Shown piece by piece: positions 9,850 through 20,145 of a stretch of DNA of 64,000 bases. The stretch's first letter is position 1. The number at the start of each line of letters is the position of its first letter. The DNA is taken from the NCBI GenBank assembly GCA_050633245.1, contig JBOEGD010000002.1, forward strand, positions 23,006-87,005, in the 5' to 3' direction. The notes beneath the pieces were generated by a model that worked only from the letters and a program-made list of their open reading frames with translations, was not told where the DNA came from and did not search any database. This DNA is from Calditrichia bacterium (GTDB lineage: Bacteria > Calditrichota > Calditrichia > RBG-13-44-9 > J075). Made by a program: the position numbers and the translations under genes.

Positions 9850-12800
9850 CTATCTTAACAGAATCATCTTCTTTGATTTTACAATTTGTTTCCCTGATTC
9901 ATCAGTAAAATATGCTCTGTAGAAATAGAGCCCACTGGCAACACGATTTCCGCTTCCATTGCGACTATCCCAGAGTAGTTTGTATTCACCTGCATCAACA
10001 TCGGAATTCAATAGCGTCTTCACTTTTTGACCGAGAACATTGAAAATTTCTAATTGAATGTTGCCCTTAGTCGGTGCCTGGAAGGTAATCGTTGTCGTCG
10101 GATTAAATGGATTTGGATAATTCTGTCCCAGACTAAATTTCTCCGGTATTACTGCTGCTTCCTCATCACCGCCTTTTCGTATTAAGCTACTGAGCAGCGC
10201 ATCAGTTTTAATCCTCGTTTCCTCGAAGGACGCTTGTTGCTTCTTCAGGTGTTTCGTTTTTTCTTTTCCGGCCTTCATTTTCCCAATGGGTGTTCCAGAA
10301 GCACGTAACTGATTCGATAAAATGTCTACCTGAGAGTAAATAGAGTCGCTCTCAAAAGGTGTGTTCACGCTCCATGTTGTGTGTTCAGTAATTGCATCCT
10401 GATAATCTCCATCGGCGGTGAGGCTGCGAATGGCCAAACGTTGTGCAACAGTGGCCAGTGCTGTGTCGAAATGAGAAATAAATGTGCTGTAATAGGTTTG
10501 GAGCTGGAGTGGCGTATCACCCTTTGCAAGCTTCACATGATAGAGCCTGTCCATCACAGGCTTAGACATGGCAGATGCTGGATACAAAGTTATCAACGAA
10601 TCATAGTGTGCGACTGCATCAGCGTATTTGCCATTGCGTTCAGCAGCAAGACCCCGCTCAAAAAAGTCTGCTATAGAGTCTGCTTCAGCCAGGTTGCCTT
10701 CTTTACTGAAAAGACCGCTGCCGGTATTCGATGTTAAATCAAATGGATAAAACACAAACCCACCGGGTCGATGCAACTTACCAGCAATCGAGGAAGAGTC
10801 TGTTTCACCCCAATAATTATATCGCACATAGAGGAGGCTTTCCCGTGGATCCTCATCTCCATAAATTAAATATCCACCGGTTGTATCAGCAATATCATTG
10901 GTTCCGCGATCCAGCAGGGGAAATGAAATATCTTGTACGAATATCTCCGCTGCAGCACTGCCAGAGTTTCCGGCATTTTGTGCAACCAGATTATAACCAT
11001 CCCCCGTCATGGTTGGGTAAGATGAGCTTAGAGAGAGTATACCATTGGCATCATTATAGGTGATTTCGTTATCTTTAATTATTGGTGAGCTTTGGTAGCA
11101 AACAATTCCTCCTTTCAGCATGCTTTCTGAAGGATCACTACCATTGTAGCGGACTGTATTATCAGTAAAATCTCCGTTGCTGCTATACTGGAAATAAACA
11201 CCGCGCCCTAAGTTGTCCTCAAAAGTAGAATTGCTTACATCAAAATCAGCATAGTAGAGATGCAGCCCCTGGACGCTATTATTGTTGAAGGAACCGGATG
11301 AAATCGTTACATCTCCTTCATCTACAATCATGCCGGTCTCATTGCTTGTAAAGGTTGAGTTTGTAATGCTCAGATCAGAATCCTTGCTATAAAACCCGGT
11401 CGTGTCATCCTCAAAGAGGAGATAGTCAAACGTATTGTGCGAACCGTTTATATCCGAGACATACAGCCCGGTACCAGATCGTTTAAAGTGACAATACTCA
11501 AGGTGTAGCGTATCATTGCTCTCAGGATACAAATAGACACCGCCCATCACATCATTCTCCCGGTATCCGCTGAATACAATCGGATCAGGCCCGGGCAAAC
11601 TGGCAAGCCCATCAGCAAATAGAGAAGCTGTTACAGTCAACGACTTTCCCGCATCAAAAAAAATTTTTGTTCCTGGCGAAATGGTAAGATCACTACCATT
11701 GGTGGATACAGACTCCAGAATATTCACGTGGCCCGACCAAGTTGCATCATTATCCAGATCCGTTTGCAGGATATGATCAAAAGTCAGGGTGGCATCAATT
11801 GTATTACCGTAAGCTCCGATGTTTATCTGCCCGCCGTTCGGAGAAGGTTCATTGGAGTAGGAAGAATCCGGATGTCCCGCGTCTATTCCCTGTGAGATGG
11901 ATTGTAAATGTACGTTGCCGTTTACAGGATCAACGAATTTAGGATCCGCAAGAATATTTGTCGTATCAAGACCACTGGGGGAATCGTCATTGTCAACTAT
12001 ATTATAGGTAAAGCTTGTGCTGGTTGAAGGTACAAACGTCTTGTCATTCTCATAAAATATATTGTTACTAAATTTTATTGCGGGAAGATCAGCAGCAGAA
12101 AAATAACCGTATTCATAATAAAGAAAAGTATTGTTAACAACTTCCATTTTTGATGCTGTGTTCTTGATCGCTTCCCCTTGTTTATTAACACCAATAAATA
12201 CATTATTAATAACTCTTGGGGATACAAAAGCCGGAACACTTTGTAACTTTATTTGGCTGCCATTAAGAAATAGGTTGTTTCTAATCGTTGTTTCACCAAC
12301 TCCTAAGAGAATGACTTTACCATGGCGGTTAAATTCGTTTTTCTCTACAAAGTTTTCCTGAGTATGGGGGGTATTTATCCGTATTTTGCCAGAATCAATA
12401 ACACAATTCTTAACAAGAACAGGTGAGGCTCTAAACTCTATTGTTGCTTCAGTAAGATAGGATGAATCCAACTCAGCATCATCTCCATCTAAAACAAGAG
12501 AGTCTTCAATTGCACGAAGGGTTAGGTCTGCGAATCGTAGATTCGTTGGTTCTTGTTTTGTATCGAATCCCCGAATACAATTCTCAATAGTAAGTCCCCG
12601 TAACGTTCGATAGGACAAGGATGCGGCTAATAAGTTTCGAAGGTCTAAGGCATAGGTCGCATTTTTTATCGTAACATAAGACAAATCAAACGTACTGCCT
12701 GAATTGAAAACGATTCCATTCCAATCTGAGCTACCTGTATCAGAAACGGCCTTAAAAATTACAGGGTCCTCTACAGTTCCATTGAGAGCCAGATGCCCAC

Positions 12801-14496
12801 CATCATCCACAATAATTCGCAACGTCTTGACCAAAGAAGGGTCAATTGTAATGACAACGCCTGGATTAACGGTAAGCGTCGCATTATTTTTAATAATCAC
12901 TTCTTTTGTTAAAGTCGTATTTTGACTCCAGGTAGTATTCTGCGATATTTCCGAAATCAGGGTTTTCGTAAGTAGTGAATCAATCTCAATCTTGCTATTT
13001 GTAGAGTTGAAACTTATTCCACCCAGACGATAGTGTGAATAGAAACCAGATGCTAACCTAAGCGAAGGAATCGTGTTATCATCAATTTCAGTGACATTGT
13101 CAGCCCCTGGAAAAAAGTCGGATGTCCTCCCCTCATCTTTATATATGGTGTTAGTCGTTCCTAAATTCCCTTCCGGTAGGCTTGCTGTAATGTCTGCCTC
13201 AACAACTCTTATTCTATGCCCATTAGCAAAGTCCTGATAACCGGAATAATGCCACGTAATCATACCACCTAAAAAATTAGGATCGTTCAATTTTAGTGAT
13301 TCATCAAATCCAACAGTAGATCGGTTTTCCAGTATAAAATACTCTTGAGCTGCTTCCGTCCACTTCTCAGGTTCAGGTACAACACCTGATCCAAACAGGA
13401 TGGCGACTTCAGGCGTATCAACCAATGTGGTATCCACAACGGGCTCTAATATATAATTGATTTTATCACTCTCAATAAGCTCATAATCTAACCACCCGCT
13501 TTGTAGCTTTTCCCAGGCACCTACATGTGTCGGACGCAAGGTACGTCCTTCCCCTGTTCCGGTGCCCATAATACTATAGTCACCTACTCCTTCTGGTTTT
13601 GTGTTGTCGCCTTGGTCGTTAAGGTCCAGATAACCAATCTGGTGACCCAGTTCATGAGCAAACCCGCCAAAGCCATTCATATACTGTGTAGACGTAGGCG
13701 TTGCTTTCGCTCGCTCCCGCCAAATAGAGTAACGTCCATTAACATCGCTGGCCAGTCCACCCGTCGCACTGCCTGCAGCATATATAAATACACGGTCAAT
13801 TTTGTCAGTATCATCGATGTCTACATCCAAGCTACCGGCAGTAAACAAGTCTCCAGCTAATTCAATTGCATCATCCATGATGTCTTCAACATCATCCACG
13901 CTTCCAGCGTTGTTGTAATCTGCAAGTGTCTTTGAGAGGGTTGCCCAATTAATACTGCCGTCAGTAGAATCGAAACGATTAATAATGCCACTACGAAACA
14001 TAGTGTCTGTCACGGCCGGGTGTGTGACTGCAGGCAGGACCTCCAAATTACCATTGCTCACTTCCAGATAATAGTCTCGTAGAGAACCGTAAGTAAAAAG
14101 ATCAAGAGCATCATGGGAAAACTCATCTGGATGTATTTCGGGGTCAGTTGTGCTTGTATCTATATACGTTCCTTTTGTAAAATACATATCCCAGAAATGA
14201 TGATACCGATACTTTTTCTCGATAATACTTGCGCTAGGGCTAATATCGTTCCACCCAACACTACCGCGAGCATCAGCATTAGTGGCAAAATCTGCAAATT
14301 GCACAAAAAGAATCGCAACCCGAAGGGTCGTATCTTGCAAAATGGGTGCTCCTTCTTGCAATATGGCTAATTGTGACGCTGTTAAATTCTCTGAAAAATG
14401 GCAGGTAAAACCTGAATCCTGGCTAAAAGAAGAATTGGTAAAAGTAGATATTAAGATGATTATTAAGATGATGGTTTGTCCCAACGTCCGATACAT
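9850..14496 (-). CDS. large secreted M6 (immune inhibitor A-like) metalloprotease with beta-helix repeats, TPR-like segment and FlgD/T9SS-like C-terminal domain
   Basis: GSLRDYY, HELGH zinc motif, YSIMG Met-turn, YFILENR; parallel beta-helix repeats; C-terminal QNYPNPFNPTT...SGLYFYR. Confidence 0.85.
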   Translation of the reverse strand: MYRTLGQTIILIIILISTFTNSSFSQDSGFTCHFSENLTASQLAILQEGAPILQDTTLRVAILFVQFADFATNADARGSVGWNDISPSASIIEKKYRYHHFWDMYFTKGTYIDTSTTDPEIHPDEFSHDALDLFTYGSLRDYYLEVSNGNLEVLPAVTHPAVTDTMFRSGIINRFDSTDGSINWATLSKTLADYNNAGSVDDVEDIMDDAIELAGDLFTAGSLDVDIDDTDKIDRVFIYAAGSATGGLASDVNGRYSIWRERAKATPTSTQYMNGFGGFAHELGHQIGYLDLNDQGDNTKPEGVGDYSIMGTGTGEGRTLRPTHVGAWEKLQSGWLDYELIESDKINYILEPVVDTTLVDTPEVAILFGSGVVPEPEKWTEAAQEYFILENRSTVGFDESLKLNDPNFLGGMITWHYSGYQDFANGHRIRVVEADITASLPEGNLGTTNTIYKDEGRTSDFFPGADNVTEIDDNTIPSLRLASGFYSHYRLGGISFNSTNSKIEIDSLLTKTLISEISQNTTWSQNTTLTKEVIIKNNATLTVNPGVVITIDPSLVKTLRIIVDDGGHLALNGTVEDPVIFKAVSDTGSSDWNGIVFNSGSTFDLSYVTIKNATYALDLRNLLAASLSYRTLRGLTIENCIRGFDTKQEPTNLRFADLTLRAIEDSLVLDGDDAELDSSYLTEATIEFRASPVLVKNCVIDSGKIRINTPHTQENFVEKNEFNRHGKVILLGVGETTIRNNLFLNGSQIKLQSVPAFVSPRVINNVFIGVNKQGEAIKNTASKMEVVNNTFLYYEYGYFSAADLPAIKFSNNIFYENDKTFVPSTSTSFTYNIVDNDDSPSGLDTTNILADPKFVDPVNGNVHLQSISQGIDAGHPDSSYSNEPSPNGGQINIGAYGNTIDATLTFDHILQTDLDNDATWSGHVNILESVSTNGSDLTISPGTKIFFDAGKSLTVTASLFADGLASLPGPDPIVFSGYRENDVMGGVYLYPESNDTLHLEYCHFKRSGTGLYVSDINGSHNTFDYLLFEDDTTGFYSKDSDLSITNSTFTSNETGMIVDEGDVTISSGSFNNNSVQGLHLYYADFDVSNSTFEDNLGRGVYFQYSSNGDFTDNTVRYNGSDPSESMLKGGIVCYQSSPIIKDNEITYNDANGILSLSSSYPTMTGDGYNLVAQNAGNSGSAAAEIFVQDISFPLLDRGTNDIADTTGGYLIYGDEDPRESLLYVRYNYWGETDSSSIAGKLHRPGGFVFYPFDLTSNTGSGLFSKEGNLAEADSIADFFERGLAAERNGKYADAVAHYDSLITLYPASAMSKPVMDRLYHVKLAKGDTPLQLQTYYSTFISHFDTALATVAQRLAIRSLTADGDYQDAITEHTTWSVNTPFESDSIYSQVDILSNQLRASGTPIGKMKAGKEKTKHLKKQQASFEETRIKTDALLSSLIRKGGDEEAAVIPEKFSLGQNYPNPFNPTTTITFQAPTKGNIQLEIFNVLGQKVKTLLNSDVDAGEYKLLWDSRNGSGNRVASGLYFYRAYFTDESGKQIVKSKKMILLR

Positions 14497-14513
14497 AAAA
14501 ACCTCCCGGGCCT

Positions 14514-16172
14514 TTAGTTAATGATGAGCATCTTCTTATAAAGAGATATGGAGTCCTCCATGAATAATCGATAAAAATAAATACCGCTTGGTAAGCCTGC
14601 GGCATCAAAAACAACCGTATGAGAACCTGCTGTTTGTTGTCCATTCACCAAAGTTGTTATTTTTTGCCCAAGCAGGTTGTAAATGGAAAGATTAACGTTC
14701 TCGGACTGCTTTAAACGATAAGCGATCTGGGTTGTCGCGTTAAATGGGTTGGGGTAATTTTGATGCAACTCAAGCTGTGGGAGATATGATATGTTCTCTG
14801 AGTCAATACCGGTAATGACTTCCCCGAGGATACCATTTACTGAGATTTGTTTGATGTAAATTCGTAGTCCAAGGTATGAAAGCACCCAATTTATAATAGC
14901 CCCACCTCTACCATCTGACACGATTGGTATTACTGAATCGGCTGAAGGCTCTATTTCAAATGAGCTATCATAGACCTCAATTCCATTTGCAGCCCAAAGT
15001 TTCTCACCGGTGCTATCAACCCGTTGCACATGAAATGAAATACCTGAGCCTACTCCGCCTAATGACCATATACCCAAGACTCCCCCAACCTTATCGGGAA
15101 CGATTCCAAAAACACCACTACATCCAGTATTTGGACAAAACTTAATCGTGTCTGTTGGCCATGCCAGCGAACCATCTTTTTTAACACGTCTCAAGACACT
15201 GCTAGCTTGACCTGATTGATAGAAAACTCCTAGTTTTTCATCTGGCACAATATATGTAGGTGGTGACGTAGCAGGTAATATTACACCCTCACCAAAAACT
15301 CTTTCACCTGTTGTAAGAATACGATTGTAACGTGTCTCATACCCAATACGGAACATGCCATAGACACCTCCGTTCTTATTACTAAATGCTCGACCACTTC
15401 TATAAGAAACAACATCTGGTATCAGTCCCAACAACGTGTCCGGCCAGAGTAAATCGCCATTTATATCCAACTTCTGCCTTTTACCCGGAAATTGAGATAT
15501 TAGATTGACAAAGACTTCACCTTGAGAGTTTGTTGCACAAATATCTATAGAGTTTTCATCAAGGTATCTTTCCCAAGTGATATTACCGTTACTTTGAATC
15601 CGTTTAATGACACTCATCGTTTCCGTCGAGTCTCGTGACCAGCCAACATAAACGCCCCCATGATAATCACTCTTCATGTCTCCGAGCAGGTGCCCGTCAT
15701 CGCGTCTCTTGTTTATACGTTTACCGTTAGCTCCCATTGTTGTATTACCGTTACGATTTATGTATTGAATATAGATATCATTGGTAAGTGCTGTAAACTC
15801 ATCATAAATCGCAAAGCGATAGTCTTGCCAGGCAACAAACAATCCGCCGCTATCATCAGGCACAAGCGCACCCCACTGGCTTATAATATTCGATGAAAAG
15901 CGCCCAAACATCTCAGTAGTGTCTGCAAGCGTAATGCGATTGCCCCCCCACAGCGGGTCGCCATAACGATCATACTTCTTCACGAATAGTCGATCCAGAT
16001 TGATATAAACGACGAAAACCGAATGATCAATTGGATCGACTATTACTCGTGGGAAGATGCCATTGTCGACATATACAGCCGAGTCGACCTCCGTAGGCCA
16101 AGAGGCATAAGACGATAGAGAGAGCATGCACAAAAATGCGCAGGCAATTATCAACCGTTGAGCAGAAGCCAT
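14514..16172 (-). CDS. secreted beta-rich protein with T9SS type A-like sorting domain
   Basis: signal peptide; repeated xDGxGG turns; C-terminal QNYPNPFN...SGIYFYRL. Confidence 0.82.
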   Translation of the reverse strand: MASAQRLIIACAFLCMLSLSSYASWPTEVDSAVYVDNGIFPRVIVDPIDHSVFVVYINLDRLFVKKYDRYGDPLWGGNRITLADTTEMFGRFSSNIISQWGALVPDDSGGLFVAWQDYRFAIYDEFTALTNDIYIQYINRNGNTTMGANGKRINKRRDDGHLLGDMKSDYHGGVYVGWSRDSTETMSVIKRIQSNGNITWERYLDENSIDICATNSQGEVFVNLISQFPGKRQKLDINGDLLWPDTLLGLIPDVVSYRSGRAFSNKNGGVYGMFRIGYETRYNRILTTGERVFGEGVILPATSPPTYIVPDEKLGVFYQSGQASSVLRRVKKDGSLAWPTDTIKFCPNTGCSGVFGIVPDKVGGVLGIWSLGGVGSGISFHVQRVDSTGEKLWAANGIEVYDSSFEIEPSADSVIPIVSDGRGGAIINWVLSYLGLRIYIKQISVNGILGEVITGIDSENISYLPQLELHQNYPNPFNATTQIAYRLKQSENVNLSIYNLLGQKITTLVNGQQTAGSHTVVFDAAGLPSGIYFYRLFMEDSISLYKKMLIIN

Positions 16173-16361
16173 AAGCTTCCTCCAGATAATAGAATAGATG
16201 TGAAAGTAAATGAGGGTTTGTGTATAATTATTTTTAAGGCTACTCCTGTTTTTAATCAGCTAAGAAAGATTGAAAAGTCAAGGAGAAGTTTGAGACAGTG
16301 CTTCTTACCCTTATTGTATTACTTCAAAAAATGATAAGCAAGTGACCAAGGGATATCGTTC

Positions 16362-16401
16362 CTTCACATTCCGCACATAAAAATATGTGCGGAATGTGAA
16401 G
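16362..16401. terminator. perfect 18-bp inverted repeat (hairpin/terminator)
   Basis: CTTCACATTCCGCACATA-aaaa-TATGTGCGGAATGTGAAG just downstream of the pseudogene fragment. Confidence 0.7.
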
Positions 16402-16414
16402 TTTGAAATAATAG

Positions 16415-16710
16415 CTATTGAACAAATGTCATTTTCTTTGTAGCAACAAAACCATTCGCAACTAGGCGATAAAAATAGACGCCGGATACGACATTCTTCC
16501 CAGCACTGTTTTTCCCATCCCAATTGGTTGTATATCGACCAGCTTCAAGCTGCGTAGATACCAAGGAGTAATATGACGACCATTGATATCAAAAATCATC
16601 AACTGAACAAAACTTTCTTCTGGTATTTCAAACTTGATTTGTGTCGTCGGATTAAATGGATTGGGGTAATTCTGCAAAAGGGCATAATCTGTCGGAATAG
16701 CAGACGTTTT
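16415..16710 (-). pseudogene. frameshifted remnant of a FlgD/T9SS-like C-terminal domain
   Basis: reads AIPTDYALLQNYPNPFNPTT...GRHIT, frameshifts near 16563, then LVSTQLEAGRYTTNWDGKNSAGKNVVSGVYFYRLVANGFVATKKMTFVQ*; no N-terminal part. Confidence 0.82.
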
Positions 16711-17354
16711 TGTCGACCGGGATTAGTACTATACCCACAGGCCCAAACATCACCGCTTGTTTTTCCATAGACATCTAAAAGAGAAGCAGAGCCAGCACGT
16801 GGGTGTCGTGTCCAGGAACTTCCATCAAAAGAAAGTAAAAGCCCTCCAGAGCCAACAGCAAATATGCGTTCTGAAGTGTCGCCCCAAATACTAATAGCAA
16901 TTTCAGGAGTTGAGGTATCTCTTAACCAAGATATAGGTGCATATGGACCACCTGTCCAATGAAAGACACTCCCTGCAGCGAACCAAATGTCATTATTGCC
17001 AAAAGCCCATATTTTGCGAGCTCCCACAACCACACGATTTGGTTCATCCTCAAGTTTATTAAAAGACCATGAGTTGTTTTTGAATTTTGCCAACCCAAAG
17101 GGGTTATTGTTTCCCATAGAGTCAACATATTGGATCCGCCCCACTGCCCAAACTTCAGAATCGGAGATGAATTCAACATCATTAAGTGACGTGCCTAAGG
17201 GGCCGAGTGTATCTGTTTTCCAGACGAAGTTATGACTAGTGGTATCAACTCTCACTTCTGGTGACGGTGGCGTTGGAACATAATCAGTACAACTACAAGC
17301 AATTAAGGTTAATGATAAAGAAAATGATATAGCAATAACACGCAACATAGGCAA
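16599..17354 (-). pseudogene. truncated beta-propeller-like lipoprotein (DTTSHNF-type), C-terminus replaced by out-of-frame sequence
   Basis: lipobox IACSC; DTTSHNFVW...VWAVG and IWxFG/IWG repeats stop abruptly near 16715, where the FlgD remnant begins. Confidence 0.65.
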
Positions 17355-17469
17355 AGCCCCTGTTGTTAGGAAAGATTAATTTGTAGAGTGAATGAGGAGT
17401 TATTAACGCTACATATTTAATAGTTAAAAAAGCAAGGTGAATTTTTAGTAGTTGTCCAAAGAGCGATCC

Positions 17470-18042
17470 CTACCCCAATCGCTTTACTGCCTCATCTTGC
17501 ATTTCATCAAGAGAAATGGTTCCATACATATCCATGGTTGTTTTGTAAGAAGAGTGACCAAGAAAGTTTTGCACCCACTCTGCAGAGAATCCCTTATTCT
17601 TCAGATAGCGTGCTATCGAGTGGCGAAACAGATGTGGGTTGATATGCTTCAAGGATGGATTTGGATTTGTAATGCTGGCCTTCTCTCCTACTTGGCGTGT
17701 GATCTTGTTGATCATGCGAATTGTTAAATGCTCACCCCTGGGGTTTTGAAAAACCGGCCCGGAATTTCTTCCGGCAAGCAAGTGCTGCAGGTCGCTTAAG
17801 AACTCGTCATCAATAATCGGCACGATGCGAATCTTATTCCCCTTCCCTCTCACCTGAATACGCTTTCGCTCAAAGTCAATATCGCGGATATCCAGTTGTG
17901 CTGCTTCCTCGCGTCGCAGACCTGCCCAAAACAGCGTCTTCAAAAGACAGCGGTTCCGGAAGGAGCGAGTTGCAAAGATGAGTTTTTTGATGTCGGGGAG
18001 CTTTAAGTGGTAGGCCGAGGCCTTTAATTGGTAGGTAGACAT
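17470..18042 (-). CDS. tyrosine recombinase, catalytic domain only (resolvase-like)
   Basis: GLRREE (R), GKGNK (K), HLFRH (HxxR), LGH, terminal Y; no N-terminal SAM-like domain. Confidence 0.9.
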   Translation of the reverse strand: MSTYQLKASAYHLKLPDIKKLIFATRSFRNRCLLKTLFWAGLRREEAAQLDIRDIDFERKRIQVRGKGNKIRIVPIIDDEFLSDLQHLLAGRNSGPVFQNPRGEHLTIRMINKITRQVGEKASITNPNPSLKHINPHLFRHSIARYLKNKGFSAEWVQNFLGHSSYKTTMDMYGTISLDEMQDEAVKRLG

Positions 18043-18043
18043 G

Positions 18044-18151
18044 GTGCACTCTGCTAGAAAAGTGTGAACTTTTGTTCATATATTGATTTGAATATAGCAG
18101 AATACAATAGATTAACCAAAGTATAGTTCACACTTTAGCATAAGTGTGAAC
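18044..18151. promoter_or_regulatory. two dif/res-like palindromic sites upstream of the recombinase
   Basis: GTTCACACTT-tagcat-AAGTGTGAAC (18126-18151) and GTGCACTCTG-ctagaa-AAGTGTGAAC (18044-18069); 10-bp arms, 6-bp spacers. Confidence 0.6.
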
Positions 18152-18486
18152 CTTCTCTACCTCGTTAATTGGATCAAGCTTAGCCCCCTATGTTTAATCT
18201 CGTCAAAAAAGAATCTGTTGCGCCATTACATCGCTGTATCGGTGGGTTAAACTCTCTGGAGCTAGGCAGCCCCCACTCTACTGGCTCAACACTTGCATAA
18301 TACGGGTTACGGTATCGTTCTACTATATGTCTCCCCCGGATGTAAATTACGATATTGCTTGACCGGATAATTTGAAGGTGATTTTCCTGGAATATTCTTG
18401 CTCTTGATTGAGTCATTCCTGTGAAGAACCTGCACAATAGTTCTGTTCGGGTAAGGGTTAATAGTCTTCGCAAAAAGGAGATAAGT

Positions 18487-19440
18487 ATGATGAATTTGAC
18501 AGGAAGAATATGCTCTGCCTGGTTGCTGTCCATACCATATTGTTTGCTGATGGTACCATTGCTGGCAACGCAATTTATCTACGCTCACGGAACAGTTGTT
18601 GATCCGCCGAGCCGGGTCTGGAACTGCTATCAGGAGAACCCTGAAAACCCTCAATCTCAACCCTGTATTGACGCCGTGGCGTCACACGGCACTCAACCTC
18701 TTTATGACTGGAATGAAATCAACCAGGCCCAGGCTGCCGGCAATCATCAAAACTATGTGCCTGATGGAAACCTGGCGAGTGGTGGCCGCCCGGGGAAGTA
18801 TGGGGGCATGGATCAAGTGCGCTCCGACTGGGTTTCTACTCCGGTAAGCCCGGGGCCATTTAAGGTGATCTGGTCTAACAGCGCCCCTCACGCTACTGAA
18901 TACTATGAGGTCTACATAACCAAAGACAGCTGGGATCCATCTCAGCCATTGACATGGTCCAGCCTTACCCTGCTGGTTCGTACGCCACAAAGTCCGGCGG
19001 CAAATTATGTGGAGATCGACGTTGTCCTTCCCGAGCGTGAAGGTCGGCATGTAATCTATAGTGTCTGGCAGCGCTCGGACAGCCCCGAAGCCTTCTACTC
19101 TACCAGCGATGTCGATTTTGGTGAGAATCCGGTAGGGATCGATGATGGAGAGCAACTGTTGGAGGGATTTGCACTAGAGCAAAACTTCCCTAATCCATTT
19201 AATCCAACTACGGTTATCAAATATCAGGCGTCAGCTAACAGCGCTTTGTACCTCACAATTTATGATGTAACCGGCAGAAAGGTTCGCACCCTTATCAATG
19301 GACAGTGGACACGGGGCAGCGGCGAAGCGATCTGGGATGGTCGAAATGATGCGGGACAGTTGGTTCCTTCCGGAACATATCTCTATCGACTTAGAGCAGG
19401 AGACAAGATCTTGGTGAAGACGATGAAGTTAATAAAGTAG
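18487..19440 (+). CDS. AA10 lytic polysaccharide monooxygenase fused to FlgD/T9SS-like C-terminal domain
   Basis: signal peptide ending FIYA|HG (His1 of the brace), APH second His, WQRSDSPEAFY; C-terminal QNFPNPFNPTT; AAGGAG RBS. Confidence 0.92.
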   Translation: MMNLTGRICSAWLLSIPYCLLMVPLLATQFIYAHGTVVDPPSRVWNCYQENPENPQSQPCIDAVASHGTQPLYDWNEINQAQAAGNHQNYVPDGNLASGGRPGKYGGMDQVRSDWVSTPVSPGPFKVIWSNSAPHATEYYEVYITKDSWDPSQPLTWSSLTLLVRTPQSPAANYVEIDVVLPEREGRHVIYSVWQRSDSPEAFYSTSDVDFGENPVGIDDGEQLLEGFALEQNFPNPFNPTTVIKYQASANSALYLTIYDVTGRKVRTLINGQWTRGSGEAIWDGRNDAGQLVPSGTYLYRLRAGDKILVKTMKLIK

Positions 19441-19573
19441 CGCTTTATTGACTTTCTTCTCGCCGAAATTGAAGACGATATAGAGCAGCGTATGCAGACG
19501 ATTTCTTCTTAATCGGAAGGACAAGACGTCCATATTGGTTCCAGCGTGCTTTACTGAAGATGTCTAAAAAAAT

Positions 19574-19606
19574 CATCCCTCAAGAAATATTTATCTTGAG
19601 GGATGA
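19574..19606. terminator. inverted repeat between convergent genes
   Basis: TCATCCCTCAAGA...TCTTGAGGGATGA. Confidence 0.55.
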
Positions 19607-19709
19607 AAAGAATTCAAACTGATGTAGTTAAGCCGGCAGCGCATTTTCATTAAACTCGACACTTCAAGTTCGTCGAAAGATTGGACCGGCTTTACTCTTG
19701 CGCACTGTC

Positions 19710-19901
19710 TCAGTCTACGCTGATATAACCATCTTCCACTTTTTGATCGTCCTGATCGCCAGCGGAATCACCGTGGTGTATTTCTTCAACAGCCTGTCGG
19801 TCTGTCAAAGATTTCGATCCGGATTGTTGGGAATAAAAATAGGCATTCAAACCAAAGATGGCCACGCAAACAAGTAAGATAAATCTAATTGAAACTGACA
19901 T
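19710..19901 (-). CDS. small exported hypothetical protein
   Basis: AAAGGA RBS; N-terminal hydrophobic helix. Confidence 0.5.
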   Translation of the reverse strand: MSVSIRFILLVCVAIFGLNAYFYSQQSGSKSLTDRQAVEEIHHGDSAGDQDDQKVEDGYISVD

Positions 19902-20145
19902 GATAAGTCCTTTAAATATGAATTCAATATGATGTTCTAGGTTCAAATTACCACGTCAATAAAACACTTTTTTCTTAAGATGCATCCTTTTTTTAAAATA
20001 TTTGGCAGCACGTGATACACCTAAAAAAAGAGCCCTTTGAAAAAGCTATTCATCACTCAATCAAAGGGCTAAAACCGCTGTGAACCTGTCTTCAAAAAGA
20101 TGTAAAAACATTCATCTGACTTAAACGAAGGACAACCTAAGAACC

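Noticed and set aside
17470-18042. Integron integrase or prophage integrase
   Set aside because: Too short, lacks the N-terminal domain and IntI-specific insertion; no attC-like cassette array or phage genes seen
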